Source: Bacteroidota bacterium (GTDB lineage Bacteria > Bacteroidota > Bacteroidia > JABEUT01). Taken from it: 64,000 nucleotides of DNA. The notes under the pieces are model-generated. The model saw only the letters and a program-made list of their open reading frames with translations. It searched no databases and was not told where the DNA came from. Below are positions 1-9,648 of this stretch, in pieces. The stretch covers positions 17,845-81,844 of the forward strand of contig JABCZW010000003.1 in the NCBI GenBank assembly GCA_013289475.1. Direction: 5' to 3'. Numbering within the stretch: position 1 is the stretch's first letter; each line of letters begins with the position of its first letter. A program made the position numbers and the translations under genes.

Positions 1-130
1 CCTGCTCGATTTTTTAAGTGAAACCACTACTTATATTGATGGTAAGACTAACCTGATAAACCTACGCATGCAATATTTTAATGCCATTCACAACCTCAAT
101 TACACAACCGGTATAGATATAATTAAATAA
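1..130 (+). CDS. TolC-family outer membrane efflux protein, C-terminal fragment (5' end outside window)
   Basis: Frame 2 reads ...LLDFLSETTTYIDGKTNLINLRMQYFNAIHNLNYTTGIDIIK* with a stop at 128-130. This is a typical TolC/CzcC C-terminal sequence, and it sits directly upstream of an RND adaptor and pump. Confidence 0.55.
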   Translation, partial: LLDFLSETTTYIDGKTNLINLRMQYFNAIHNLNYTTGIDIIK

Positions 131-133
131 TAT

Positions 134-1231
134 ATGTTACGTAAAATACTCCCGATAATAGTATTGCTAACCTTTCTCTTTGACGGATGCAAAAGAGATG
201 TACCGATAGCAAGCGAACAGCCTACAGATTCAAATTTGGTTGAATTGAATCAAATTCAGATGAAGCAGATTACCATTGACACAGTAAAGATTCAGGAAGA
301 AACTACCGATCTTGTGCTAAGTGGTAAAGTATCTTTCGATAAAGATTATTTATCACCTGTTTACAGCCTTGTAAGCGGAAATGTAATCAAGGTAAATGTT
401 TCGCAAGGTGATTATGTAACCAAAGGGCAAACTCTTGCCATTCTGAAAAGTGGTGACGTTAGTAATTACGAAGGGCAGCATGCAATAGCAGAGGGCCAAT
501 TAAAAACAGCAAAAAGAAACCTGGATATTGCCAGGGAGCTTTATAGCACAAAGGTATATTCGGAGAAAGATGTTATGCAGGCACAAAATGATTATAATTC
601 TGCTGTTGCTAATCTTAAAACAGTAGAAACATATCTCAAAACATATAAAGTGTCCTCTACCGATACTAATGCTTTTTATTCTATCACTTCTCCAATTGAT
701 GGTTATGTGGTATCGAAAAGCATTAATGAAGGAATGAACATACGTCCTGATAACACTAATCCATTATTTACAATTTCATTCCTGAAAACTGTTTGGGTTC
801 TGGCCAATGTTTACGAAAACGACATTCCCCAGGTAGTTGAGGGCGATTCAGCAGATATAACCACAGTGGCATATCCTGATAAAAAGCTTAAGGGAACGAT
901 CTCAAAAATTGCCAATATGCTCGATTCATCTGCCAGTACCATGCAGGCAAGGATAGTACTTGACAACTCAAAAGGCCTTCTAAAATCGGGGATGTTTGCT
1001 ACTGTGAATGTTCATATTGATAAGCATAAAAAAGCAATAGCGGTTCCAAAGGAGGCCCTGGTATTTTACGATAATGATTATTACGTAATGGTATCGAAAG
1101 GCAATAACAAATTTGAAAAGCGAATGATATCTATTGAGGGGACGAACGAATCAATAGCATACGTAACCAAAGGATTACAGCCGAACGAAGTGGTGGTTTG
1201 TAAAAACAGCCTCTATGTATACGGACAATAA
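134..1231 (+). CDS. efflux RND transporter periplasmic adaptor subunit (membrane fusion protein, CzcB/CusB-like)
   Basis: 365 aa with an N-terminal signal/lipobox (LLTFLFDGC), a coiled-coil region and a beta-barrel region typical of HlyD-family adaptors. It lies 12 bp upstream of the RND pump gene. Confidence 0.85.
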   Translation: MLRKILPIIVLLTFLFDGCKRDVPIASEQPTDSNLVELNQIQMKQITIDTVKIQEETTDLVLSGKVSFDKDYLSPVYSLVSGNVIKVNVSQGDYVTKGQTLAILKSGDVSNYEGQHAIAEGQLKTAKRNLDIARELYSTKVYSEKDVMQAQNDYNSAVANLKTVETYLKTYKVSSTDTNAFYSITSPIDGYVVSKSINEGMNIRPDNTNPLFTISFLKTVWVLANVYENDIPQVVEGDSADITTVAYPDKKLKGTISKIANMLDSSASTMQARIVLDNSKGLLKSGMFATVNVHIDKHKKAIAVPKEALVFYDNDYYVMVSKGNNKFEKRMISIEGTNESIAYVTKGLQPNEVVVCKNSLYVYGQ

Positions 1232-1243
1232 TTGTCGCTTTAA

Positions 1244-4200
1244 ATGAACAAGATTGTAAAGAACATAGTTGCCTTCTCTTTAAAGAATAAAATATTTATT
1301 CTTTTCGCTACGGTTATTATTGGCATACTGGGAGCCATTGCATACAGCAGAACCCCTATTGAAGCATACCCGGATATTACCAATACACAAATAATTATAA
1401 TTACCCAATGGCAAGGAAGGGGTGCGCAGGAAGTTGAAAGACAGGTAACAATACCTATAGAGTTAGCCATGAACTCTGTTCAGGAAAAGACCTCCATTCA
1501 CTCTACCACCATGTTCGGGCTTTCTCAAATAACCATAATTTTTAACGATGGCGTTGATGACTATCACGCCCGCGCTCAAGTAATGGACCTGTTGGGCAAT
1601 GTTCAATTACCTACAGGCGTGCAACCTGAAGTTGAACCGCCCTATGGCCCTACTGATGAAATTTTCAGGTTTTCGGTTGAGAGCAAGTATAAATCAGCAA
1701 TGGAATTAAAGACCATTGAAAACTGGATAATAGAAAGGAATTTAAAATCTATTGAAGGCGTTGCCGATGTAAATACGTATGGGGGCCCGACTAAAACATA
1801 CGAGATTGATGTAAACCCAAATTTATTACGTAAATACAACATAACCGCATTGGATGTATATAATGCCGTTTCGAACAGTAACATAAATGCTGGGGGTGAT
1901 GTAATTGAGCAAGGAGAAATTTCTTTTGTAGTCAGGGGGATAGGATTGCTTAACAGTATTGACGAGATTAAAAATGTTATTGTTAAAAACATGGATGGCG
2001 TACCGCTACTTGTTAAGAACGTGGCAGATGTGCGCGTAAACTATATGCCTCGCCTGGGCCGGGTAGGTATGGATACTGCAAATGATATAGTGGAGGGGGT
2101 TATAGTAATGCGTAAAGGCAAAAATCCGCAGGAAGTATTAAAATCGGTAAGAGCTAAAATCGATGAATTAAATACTTCTATACTTCCGGCTGATGTTAAA
2201 ATTGTTCCGTTTTATGATCGCAATACACTTATAACTTATTGCACCAGTACAGTTTTACACAATTTATTCGAAGGAATTATTCTTGTAATAGCCCTTGTCT
2301 TTTTATTTATGGCCGATTGGAGAGCAACTTTAATTGTAGCCATTATTGTGCCACTTTCTCTCTTATTTGCATTTATATGCATGCTTATAAAAGGCATGCC
2401 TGTAAACCTGCTTTCACTTGGTGCGGTTGACTTTGGTATAATAATAGATGGGGCCGTCGTCCTGGTCGAAGGCTGTTTTGTTATGCTTGACCAGAAATAC
2501 AAGGAACTGGGTAAAGAGAAATTCAATAAGCGGGCAAAAATGGGTTGGATAAAAAACACCACCATGGAAATGGGGAAAGCCATACTCTTTGCGAAGCTTA
2601 TTATTATTACCGCATTAATACCAATCTTTTCTTTTGAAAATGTAGAGGGAAAAATATTTTCGCCTTTAGCTTATACCCTTGGCTTCGCATTATTAGGCGC
2701 CCTTATTTTTACACTCACACTGGTGCCCGTATTGATACATATGTTACTTAATAAAAATGTGTATGAAAAACATAACCCTATTGTTGGTGGCCTTGAGAAG
2801 GGATATATTAAGCTTTTCACCTACACATTTAAGCACAGGCGCACAAGCCTCGCCCTCGCCATATTATTATTGGGAGGAAGTTTATATATCGCTAAGTTTT
2901 TAGGCTCAGAATTTTTGCCGCACCTTGATGAAGGCGCACTTTGGGTAAAGGCGCAGACTCCGTTGGGAGTGGCGCTGGGAAATTCTTCAGCACTGGCAGA
3001 TAGCATGCGCAAAGAATTAAAAAGTTTCAAGGAGGTTAAGACTGTTGTGTCACAAACAGGCAGACCCGATGATGGAACAGATCCTGAATCATTCTCCGAC
3101 ATACAGTGCGATGTTATATTATACCCTAAAGAAGAATGGAAACGAGATATAAGTAAAGATTCGCTTATTGATGAAATGAATGCGCTGCTGGTCAATAAGC
3201 ATACTGGAGTAGTATTTAATTTCTCTCAACCTATACGTGATAATGTAGAGCAAGCTGTATCAGGTATGAATGCTTCACTGGGCTGTCAAATATCAGGCGC
3301 CGATTTTTCTGTATTAAATGAAAAAGCTGCACAGGTTTTTGACACACTAAAAAAAATAAGAGGTGTTGAAGATTTGGGAATACTTCGGAATCTTGGACAA
3401 CCTGAACTTGATATTGACCTTGAGCAGGATAAAATGGGCTTATACGGTGTAAATACAGCAAACGCTAATGCAGTTGTGCAAATGGCTATTGGCGGGCAAG
3501 CTGCAACCCAGGTATTTGAGGGCGAAAGATTATTTGAACTCAGGGTACGTTATGCCCCTGAATTCAGACGTACTCCGGAAGAATTAGGCAACCTTATGGT
3601 GCCAACACTTAATGGTGGCGAAGTGCCTTTGAAGCTTATTTCAACAATCACGCAAAAAACAGGTATAAGCTCAATATACAGGGCAAGTAATCAGCGTGTA
3701 ATTGCAGTGAAATTTTCGGTTCGAGACAGAGATATGGGAAGTGCCATTGCCGAAGCTCAATTAAGAACAAAAAATGTTACGGTTCCCAAGGGCTATAAAA
3801 TAGCCTGGATCGGAGAATTCGAAAGCCAGGTTAGGGCTGTAACCAGGCTTAAAGAGGTTGTTCCTGTAAGTCTGCTCTTAATTTTCCTCATTCTCTTCAT
3901 GACATTCGGCAATTTAAGGGACTCGACCATTATTTTATTAAATGTTCCCTTTGCATTAATCGGTGGAATATTTGCCCTTTTAGTAACCAGTACCAACTTT
4001 AGTATTTCTGCCGGTATTGGCTTTATTGCCTTATTCGGAGTCTGTATTCAGAATGGGGTAATACTTATTGTACAATTCAAACGAAATCTGCAGCAAAAAC
4101 AAAGTTTACTGGAATCAATACATAATGGTGTGCGTGAAAGGGTACGCCCGGTTGTAATGACTGCATTAATAGACATGGTGGGCCTATTCCCTGCGGCAGT

Positions 4201-4360
4201 AAGTACAGGTATAGGATCCGAAGCGCAGAAGCCACTTGCTATTGTAATGATAGGGGGACTTGTTTCAGCAACTATATTAGTCCTGTTAATTTTGCCGATA
4301 ATTTATTACATGGTGTATGCTCCAAAACATCCGCACCAGCCGCATCATACTGAGGCATAA
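1244..4360 (+). CDS. czcA: CusA/CzcA-family heavy-metal efflux RND permease
   Basis: 1038 aa with 12 predicted TM segments and two large periplasmic loops. Conserved RND/HME motifs are present (e.g. GAVDFGIIIDGAVV). Gene order is TolC-adaptor-pump. Confidence 0.88.
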   Translation: MNKIVKNIVAFSLKNKIFILFATVIIGILGAIAYSRTPIEAYPDITNTQIIIITQWQGRGAQEVERQVTIPIELAMNSVQEKTSIHSTTMFGLSQITIIFNDGVDDYHARAQVMDLLGNVQLPTGVQPEVEPPYGPTDEIFRFSVESKYKSAMELKTIENWIIERNLKSIEGVADVNTYGGPTKTYEIDVNPNLLRKYNITALDVYNAVSNSNINAGGDVIEQGEISFVVRGIGLLNSIDEIKNVIVKNMDGVPLLVKNVADVRVNYMPRLGRVGMDTANDIVEGVIVMRKGKNPQEVLKSVRAKIDELNTSILPADVKIVPFYDRNTLITYCTSTVLHNLFEGIILVIALVFLFMADWRATLIVAIIVPLSLLFAFICMLIKGMPVNLLSLGAVDFGIIIDGAVVLVEGCFVMLDQKYKELGKEKFNKRAKMGWIKNTTMEMGKAILFAKLIIITALIPIFSFENVEGKIFSPLAYTLGFALLGALIFTLTLVPVLIHMLLNKNVYEKHNPIVGGLEKGYIKLFTYTFKHRRTSLALAILLLGGSLYIAKFLGSEFLPHLDEGALWVKAQTPLGVALGNSSALADSMRKELKSFKEVKTVVSQTGRPDDGTDPESFSDIQCDVILYPKEEWKRDISKDSLIDEMNALLVNKHTGVVFNFSQPIRDNVEQAVSGMNASLGCQISGADFSVLNEKAAQVFDTLKKIRGVEDLGILRNLGQPELDIDLEQDKMGLYGVNTANANAVVQMAIGGQAATQVFEGERLFELRVRYAPEFRRTPEELGNLMVPTLNGGEVPLKLISTITQKTGISSIYRASNQRVIAVKFSVRDRDMGSAIAEAQLRTKNVTVPKGYKIAWIGEFESQVRAVTRLKEVVPVSLLLIFLILFMTFGNLRDSTIILLNVPFALIGGIFALLVTSTNFSISAGIGFIALFGVCIQNGVILIVQFKRNLQQKQSLLESIHNGVRERVRPVVMTALIDMVGLFPAAVSTGIGSEAQKPLAIVMIGGLVSATILVLLILPIIYYMVYAPKHPHQPHHTEA

Positions 4361-5547
4361 ATAGCTTTATAGACTTCTTCTGCAATAGTAAAATTACGGT
4401 ACTCTTCAGCCAATGGACGAATTTTAGCATATACTTCCGCCCTACTCTTAACTGAGATAATTGAATCAATCTGTTTTATGGCAGCTTCATATCCTGCATC
4501 GTCAAAAGTTCTAAGAATAGCGCCGGCATTATTTTCTGCAATTATTTCCGAATCGTTTGAAATGTTCTCGGTAATAACTACAGGCAAACCCAATGCCCAG
4601 TACTCTCCATCTTTAATAGGTGAACAATACAGTTTTGTAGGCACAGGTTTAACAGGGCAAATAGCAAAATCGGCAAGGCCTAAATATTTTGCAATTTGAT
4701 TGTGGGGTACAAACAACTTTGTAATTGTACCCGCCGAAATTCCTTGTTTATGAATGTTCTCATAAACATAATTATCCTCCACATTACTCAAAAGCAAGAA
4801 TCGGAATTTATCTTTCCCCCAATAATCCTCACACCTTTTAACAAACCTGAACGATTCTTCTTCCAGGTATATTCCGCCAAACTTACCTGCATACACACAA
4901 ACTATTTTGCCATTAAAGTTAAGCTCACTCATAAGTTGTGCACCCTTTATTGCTTTATCAGAAAAGGAATCAAGGTCAACACAAGCGGGTTTTACAAAGT
5001 AGTTTTTAGCTACGATGCCGTACCTCTTTTGAATATAGTCTTGCATTCCCGGAGCAGCAAAAACAAGATTATCGGCAATTTTGGCCTCTCGCTTCTCAAA
5101 ATAAGAAAGTACTTTATATTTCAGGCCCGACTTAGACCATGTACCATTTTCAACCATGGCTTCAGCATGTGGCTCATAACTGTCAATGGTAAGTTTAAGT
5201 TTCTTATTTAAGAATTTAAGAATTATACCTATTGCACCAGCAGGTGTACACCAGGGATGCAGATGCGTTATTTTTCTTTTTTTAATTAACCTTAAAAGCG
5301 AAAGAATATTTAATCCCCAACCCATAAACAGACCACCATTATTGGCTGGAAGGCTTATAACTATAACAGATCCTTTTTTACTTGCTTTAATCTTACTAAT
5401 ACTCTTATCGACACAAACCAAATAACAAGGCGCTGAAGTGATTTTTTGAATAATTTGTATGTAGGGCAAGGTATACGTCTGAATGAGAGCATCTTCAAAC
5501 TGCCACTGTGTAATAAACAATATCTTGCGCCTATCTCTGATTATCAA
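4345..5547 (-). CDS. glycosyltransferase family 4 (GT-B fold, GT1/GT4)
   Basis: 400 aa; the C-terminal half carries the GT4 signature region (...GLPVVITENISNDSEIIAENNAG...). It lies in a cluster of glycosyltransferases. Confidence 0.7.
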   Translation of the reverse strand: MIIRDRRKILFITQWQFEDALIQTYTLPYIQIIQKITSAPCYLVCVDKSISKIKASKKGSVIVISLPANNGGLFMGWGLNILSLLRLIKKRKITHLHPWCTPAGAIGIILKFLNKKLKLTIDSYEPHAEAMVENGTWSKSGLKYKVLSYFEKREAKIADNLVFAAPGMQDYIQKRYGIVAKNYFVKPACVDLDSFSDKAIKGAQLMSELNFNGKIVCVYAGKFGGIYLEEESFRFVKRCEDYWGKDKFRFLLLSNVEDNYVYENIHKQGISAGTITKLFVPHNQIAKYLGLADFAICPVKPVPTKLYCSPIKDGEYWALGLPVVITENISNDSEIIAENNAGAILRTFDDAGYEAAIKQIDSIISVKSRAEVYAKIRPLAEEYRNFTIAEEVYKAIYASV

Positions 5548-5626
5548 GCTAAAATGTTTATAATCTTTGGTGAAGATACGTATTTATAGCGGGCTCTTTG
5601 ATATTTTTGCTTCAGTACAAACAAGC

Positions 5627-6523
5627 ATGGAACCTGAAATTACAATTATAATTCCGGCCTACAATGCATCTGCCTACCTTACCGACAGTGTGTCTTCGGT
5701 TATTAAGCAAACATTTACTTCATGGGAACTCATAATTGTAAATGACGGTTCCACTGATAACACCAAAGAAATAGTCGGTACTTTTCTGACAGACAGTAGA
5801 ATTAAACTTATTGATCAGCAGAATAAGGGTGTATCTGCTGCACGAAATGCGGGCATTACAGATGCAACCGGGAAGTATATGGGTTTTCTGGATGCCGACG
5901 ATTATTTACTACCGAATGCTTTACAACGCAAATACGAAGTACTTAGCAACAATCCGATGATTGACTTTGTTTATTCGGACGTAATAAATTGTGATAGTAA
6001 GTTGAATGAAGTAAAAGTCCAGAAAGGTATTGATTCGGCAAACTTGCTTAAGGAAGCGCTATTATGGCAAAAGGAAGTAATACCTACCCTACCGTCAAAT
6101 GTAATAGGCAAGGCATCACTTTTTAAAGAAAAGCTAAAGTTTGATGTAAACCTGTCAAATTGTGCCGACAGGTATATGAAAATAGAATTAGCAGCTAATG
6201 CAATCGGTGCATATATACCGGAATCACTCGTGAAATACAGGGATACTCCGGGAAGTATGAGCAAAAAAATAGCACTGCTTGAGCATGATGAAGAATATAT
6301 AGCAAAGAAAATAATAGAGACCAATCTTGTCCCTAAAAGTGCTTTCCGAAGAAAAGTAATAGCGAATATTTATTTTACGGTTTCAGGAAGCTGGTACAAA
6401 GATGCCAAAAATCCAGGAAGAGCTATAAGATATTTTTTTAAGGCCTTTGCAGCTTCACCATTTTACATTTTAGGCAGAGCACTACAAAAAATCCCTGTAT
6501 TATTAGGTTTTAGCAGAAGTTGA
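5627..6523 (+). CDS. glycosyltransferase family 2
   Basis: Contains IIIPAYNASAYLTDSVSSVIKQTFTSWELIIVNDGSTDNT and a DADD motif. The track ORF starts at a TTG at 5567; the ATG at 5627 (MEPEITIII) is the more plausible start. Confidence 0.75.
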   Translation: MEPEITIIIPAYNASAYLTDSVSSVIKQTFTSWELIIVNDGSTDNTKEIVGTFLTDSRIKLIDQQNKGVSAARNAGITDATGKYMGFLDADDYLLPNALQRKYEVLSNNPMIDFVYSDVINCDSKLNEVKVQKGIDSANLLKEALLWQKEVIPTLPSNVIGKASLFKEKLKFDVNLSNCADRYMKIELAANAIGAYIPESLVKYRDTPGSMSKKIALLEHDEEYIAKKIIETNLVPKSAFRRKVIANIYFTVSGSWYKDAKNPGRAIRYFFKAFAASPFYILGRALQKIPVLLGFSRS

Positions 6524-6525
6524 AT

Positions 6526-7653
6526 CTATACCTTCAGATCTCCTTTATATAATAAAATATGTTTCTCAAGCATTTTATCTATATCGAAATTCTGCTCAGC
6601 TAATTGCTTTATCTCTCCTTTCATCTTTTCTCTTAACTCAGGATTATTAATCATCCACTCTATCCCATCAGCCAGGCTTTGCGGGCTTCTGTCTTCAGCA
6701 AAATAACATGTCTCTTTATGTTTCAACACATCGGCGGCGGCACCTGTTTTGGTTGTAACTATAGGCACTCCGTTCGCCATAGCCTCGCTTACAACAAAAC
6801 CAAATGGTTCCATAATAGCTGCATGCACGTATAAATCCATTACACCGTATAGCGATGGAATATCTTTCCTGTTTACCCACCCTGTGAAAACAATATGTTC
6901 ATTCAATTTATACTTATCCACCAAATCCTGCATCTCTTTCTTCTGTTCGCCCTCTCCTATCAATAAAAACTTGAAGTTTATATTTTTTGCTGCCAGAATT
7001 CTTGCTGCTTCAATAATGTACTTATATCCTTTCCATTCAATAAATCGGGCTATAGTACCCAATACAATTTTACCTTCAAGCTCAAATTTTTTCTTGAAAG
7101 ATTCTATAGTTTCCTTATCCTGCCTTGTAAACTCATCAAGCGGAATGCCATTATGTATCATGTATACCTTTGATGGTAAAGCTTTTTCCTTTTCAATTAC
7201 AAATTTCTTTGCCTCTTCACTAATTGCTATAATATGAGTTGCATTGTTATTATTGAATCTATCGGCCCATACCCACTGCGGCGCATATAACCAATGATAG
7301 GCGGTATCCTGTTTACGTATAACTCTGCGTTTTACCCCAGCAAACCTGGCTGCAAGTAAGGCAGGCAAGGAATCATCAAACAGGTGTGCATTTACTACAT
7401 CGGGATTAAGTTTTTTGAAAAGCTTGTATAGCTTAAATAAAGCCTTTATCATACCCGATTTTCTCTTATCACTGTCAAATTCCACCCAATAACATTCACA
7501 GCCACGCAATTCCATTTCCTTCATCATTTCCGGCTTTTCAGGATAAAGAACAATAAATGAAAACTTAATACCTGTATAGTTCTTTAGCCTGTCAGTAAAC
7601 CAGTTAAGGTACGGAACTGAAGAATTATTTGCAATAACATGAACTACATGCAT
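6526..7653 (-). CDS. glycosyltransferase family 4/1
   Basis: 375 aa; EPFGFVVSEAMANGVPIVTT is a GT-B donor-binding motif (E-x7-E). Confidence 0.75.
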   Translation of the reverse strand: MHVVHVIANNSSVPYLNWFTDRLKNYTGIKFSFIVLYPEKPEMMKEMELRGCECYWVEFDSDKRKSGMIKALFKLYKLFKKLNPDVVNAHLFDDSLPALLAARFAGVKRRVIRKQDTAYHWLYAPQWVWADRFNNNNATHIIAISEEAKKFVIEKEKALPSKVYMIHNGIPLDEFTRQDKETIESFKKKFELEGKIVLGTIARFIEWKGYKYIIEAARILAAKNINFKFLLIGEGEQKKEMQDLVDKYKLNEHIVFTGWVNRKDIPSLYGVMDLYVHAAIMEPFGFVVSEAMANGVPIVTTKTGAAADVLKHKETCYFAEDRSPQSLADGIEWMINNPELREKMKGEIKQLAEQNFDIDKMLEKHILLYKGDLKV

Positions 7654-7704
7654 ACTATATTATTTACGCTGACACCCAATCATTTTTAATATTTTTGCAG
7701 TATC

Positions 7705-8703
7705 ATGAATGTAAGTATAATTATTCCAACCAAGAACCGTGCTTCAATACTCGAAGAAACAGTTTCAAACATTTATGATAAGCAAAAATATCCACTAAAT
7801 AGTTTTGAGGTTATTATAGTAAATGATGGAGATAACTTACCCGAAAACTTAACACAAAGATACCCAAACCTTATAATAATCAAAAACAAAGGTAAGGGAG
7901 CCGCAAGTGCGAGAAATACAGGGGCGCAAGCCGCAAAAAATGAACTATTATTATTTATAGATGATGATATTTTAATTGGTGAAACTTGTATTGAGAAACA
8001 TATTGCACTTCATGCTCAATACCCACGATCGTTAATTTCAGGCTCGCGGCAATATAACCCGGACATACTCCCAATATTTAAAAATATTCCATTTGGCAGG
8101 TATCTTCTCATGCATGATTACAAAACCAAAGAGAATGATTACCAGGTTCAGAATGCCGGGACCAATAAAAAGACTGACAACATTTATTCTCCTGCGTCAT
8201 TAGCAAGTTTTAATTTAAGTATACTGACAAAAGATTTTAAGGAGATTGGCGGGTTTAATGAATCATTTCCATTTGCAGGATGTGAAGATCAGGAACTTAC
8301 TTTAAAGGTTAAAGGAATGGGGTTTCAACTACTATTCGACACATCTAATTTAAACCTTGATAATGACAAACATGTTATAGTAATGAAGAAATGGCTGGCC
8401 CGCCAATACACAGGCGTACAGGGTTTCGTATTGCTTTGTGAGCTTTTTCCCTTCAGAAAAGAAGAACGGCTATATTACGAAAACACTCCTGTAAATAAGA
8501 GTGATTCTTTTAATTTGAAGGTCAAGAAAACTATTAAACAACTTCTATCCGGTAATATCCCATTATCCGTTTTAGTAAATCTTACTTTTTTATTAGAGAA
8601 TTTGAAAGTAAAAGACTCTACCCTATTTAGCCTCTATAATATGTTATGCGGGCTATACCTAAATAAAGGGTTCAGGCATGCGTACAAAACATTAAAAAAT
8701 TAA
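7705..8703 (+). CDS. glycosyltransferase family 2
   Basis: N-terminus reads MNVSIIIPTKNRASILEETVSN...IIVNDGDN...IDDD, a GT-A fold with a DxD motif. Confidence 0.7.
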   Translation: MNVSIIIPTKNRASILEETVSNIYDKQKYPLNSFEVIIVNDGDNLPENLTQRYPNLIIIKNKGKGAASARNTGAQAAKNELLLFIDDDILIGETCIEKHIALHAQYPRSLISGSRQYNPDILPIFKNIPFGRYLLMHDYKTKENDYQVQNAGTNKKTDNIYSPASLASFNLSILTKDFKEIGGFNESFPFAGCEDQELTLKVKGMGFQLLFDTSNLNLDNDKHVIVMKKWLARQYTGVQGFVLLCELFPFRKEERLYYENTPVNKSDSFNLKVKKTIKQLLSGNIPLSVLVNLTFLLENLKVKDSTLFSLYNMLCGLYLNKGFRHAYKTLKN

Positions 8704-8718
8704 CATACGAACTGCCAG

Positions 8719-9606
8719 TTATTTACTTATTGCGTATTTCAAATATGTTTTACAGTACATAATTCTATTACTGCGTGAAGATGAAAATAAAACATTCAGA
8801 CTCTTAACTATGCTATAAAAAAAGGCATAGATACGATTATGGGTTTCGGCCACAAAATCCATTTCATTCTTTATTATACTATCTATTTTAAATATGCTTT
8901 CGCTCACTGATTGCCCCACTAAATGAATAACTTTGGTGCCGGCGTAATAATAAATAGTTTTTCCTATTTTCCAGAAATCATAGCACCACTTCATGTCCTC
9001 GCAATACATAAAATATTTTTCATTAAGTTTTTTACCGGGCAAACTTTTAATCACATCTCTTTTAAACATAAAGAAAGTACCCCAAACCCAATCGGGCATT
9101 ATATCCGTTTCATGGTTAAAATAAAACCCCAGCATAATCTTAGCTCTTTTTTGTCGGGAAAACAACTTATGTAATCTCGTTAATTCAAGTAAATTATTGG
9201 CAATGCCCGGAAAGCAGCTACACTGTCGTTGTACTAAACCATCCGGGTATATTAATTTGCAAGTAATTATTGCTGTCTCAGTACTTAAAAGTTTAAGCTT
9301 TTCATAACACATTAAAACTGAATTCTCTATTAATTCCGTATCACTATTTAGCAACAATATAGCATCTCCTTTCGATACCTCTATACCCATATTATTACCC
9401 TTAGCAAACCCCAAATTTTCGAGATTTTTAATCAAAGTAATACCCGGGAATTCCTTTTTAAATAAGTCAGCATCACATTCTGCGGAACGATTATCCACCA
9501 GAATAACTTCAAAATCTAACCCACTCGTATACCGGTAAACCGACCTGATACACCGGCTTGTTAAATAAAATGTATTATAATTAACTATTATTATAGATAC
9601 GTCCAT
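8719..9606 (-). CDS. glycosyltransferase family 2
   Basis: MDVSIIIVNYNTFYLTSRCIRSV...VDNRS...NSDTE is a classic GT2 N-terminus. Confidence 0.75.
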   Translation of the reverse strand: MDVSIIIVNYNTFYLTSRCIRSVYRYTSGLDFEVILVDNRSAECDADLFKKEFPGITLIKNLENLGFAKGNNMGIEVSKGDAILLLNSDTELIENSVLMCYEKLKLLSTETAIITCKLIYPDGLVQRQCSCFPGIANNLLELTRLHKLFSRQKRAKIMLGFYFNHETDIMPDWVWGTFFMFKRDVIKSLPGKKLNEKYFMYCEDMKWCYDFWKIGKTIYYYAGTKVIHLVGQSVSESIFKIDSIIKNEMDFVAETHNRIYAFFYSIVKSLNVLFSSSRSNRIMYCKTYLKYAISK

Positions 9607-9648
9607 AACACATTCAAAAGTCCTTAAAAGTAACTGAGAATATAATAC

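Noticed and set aside
1240-1470. 76-aa minus-strand ORF overlapping the start of czcA
   Set aside because: It lies entirely inside a high-confidence RND pump gene on the opposite strand and its translation is low-complexity, so it is spurious.
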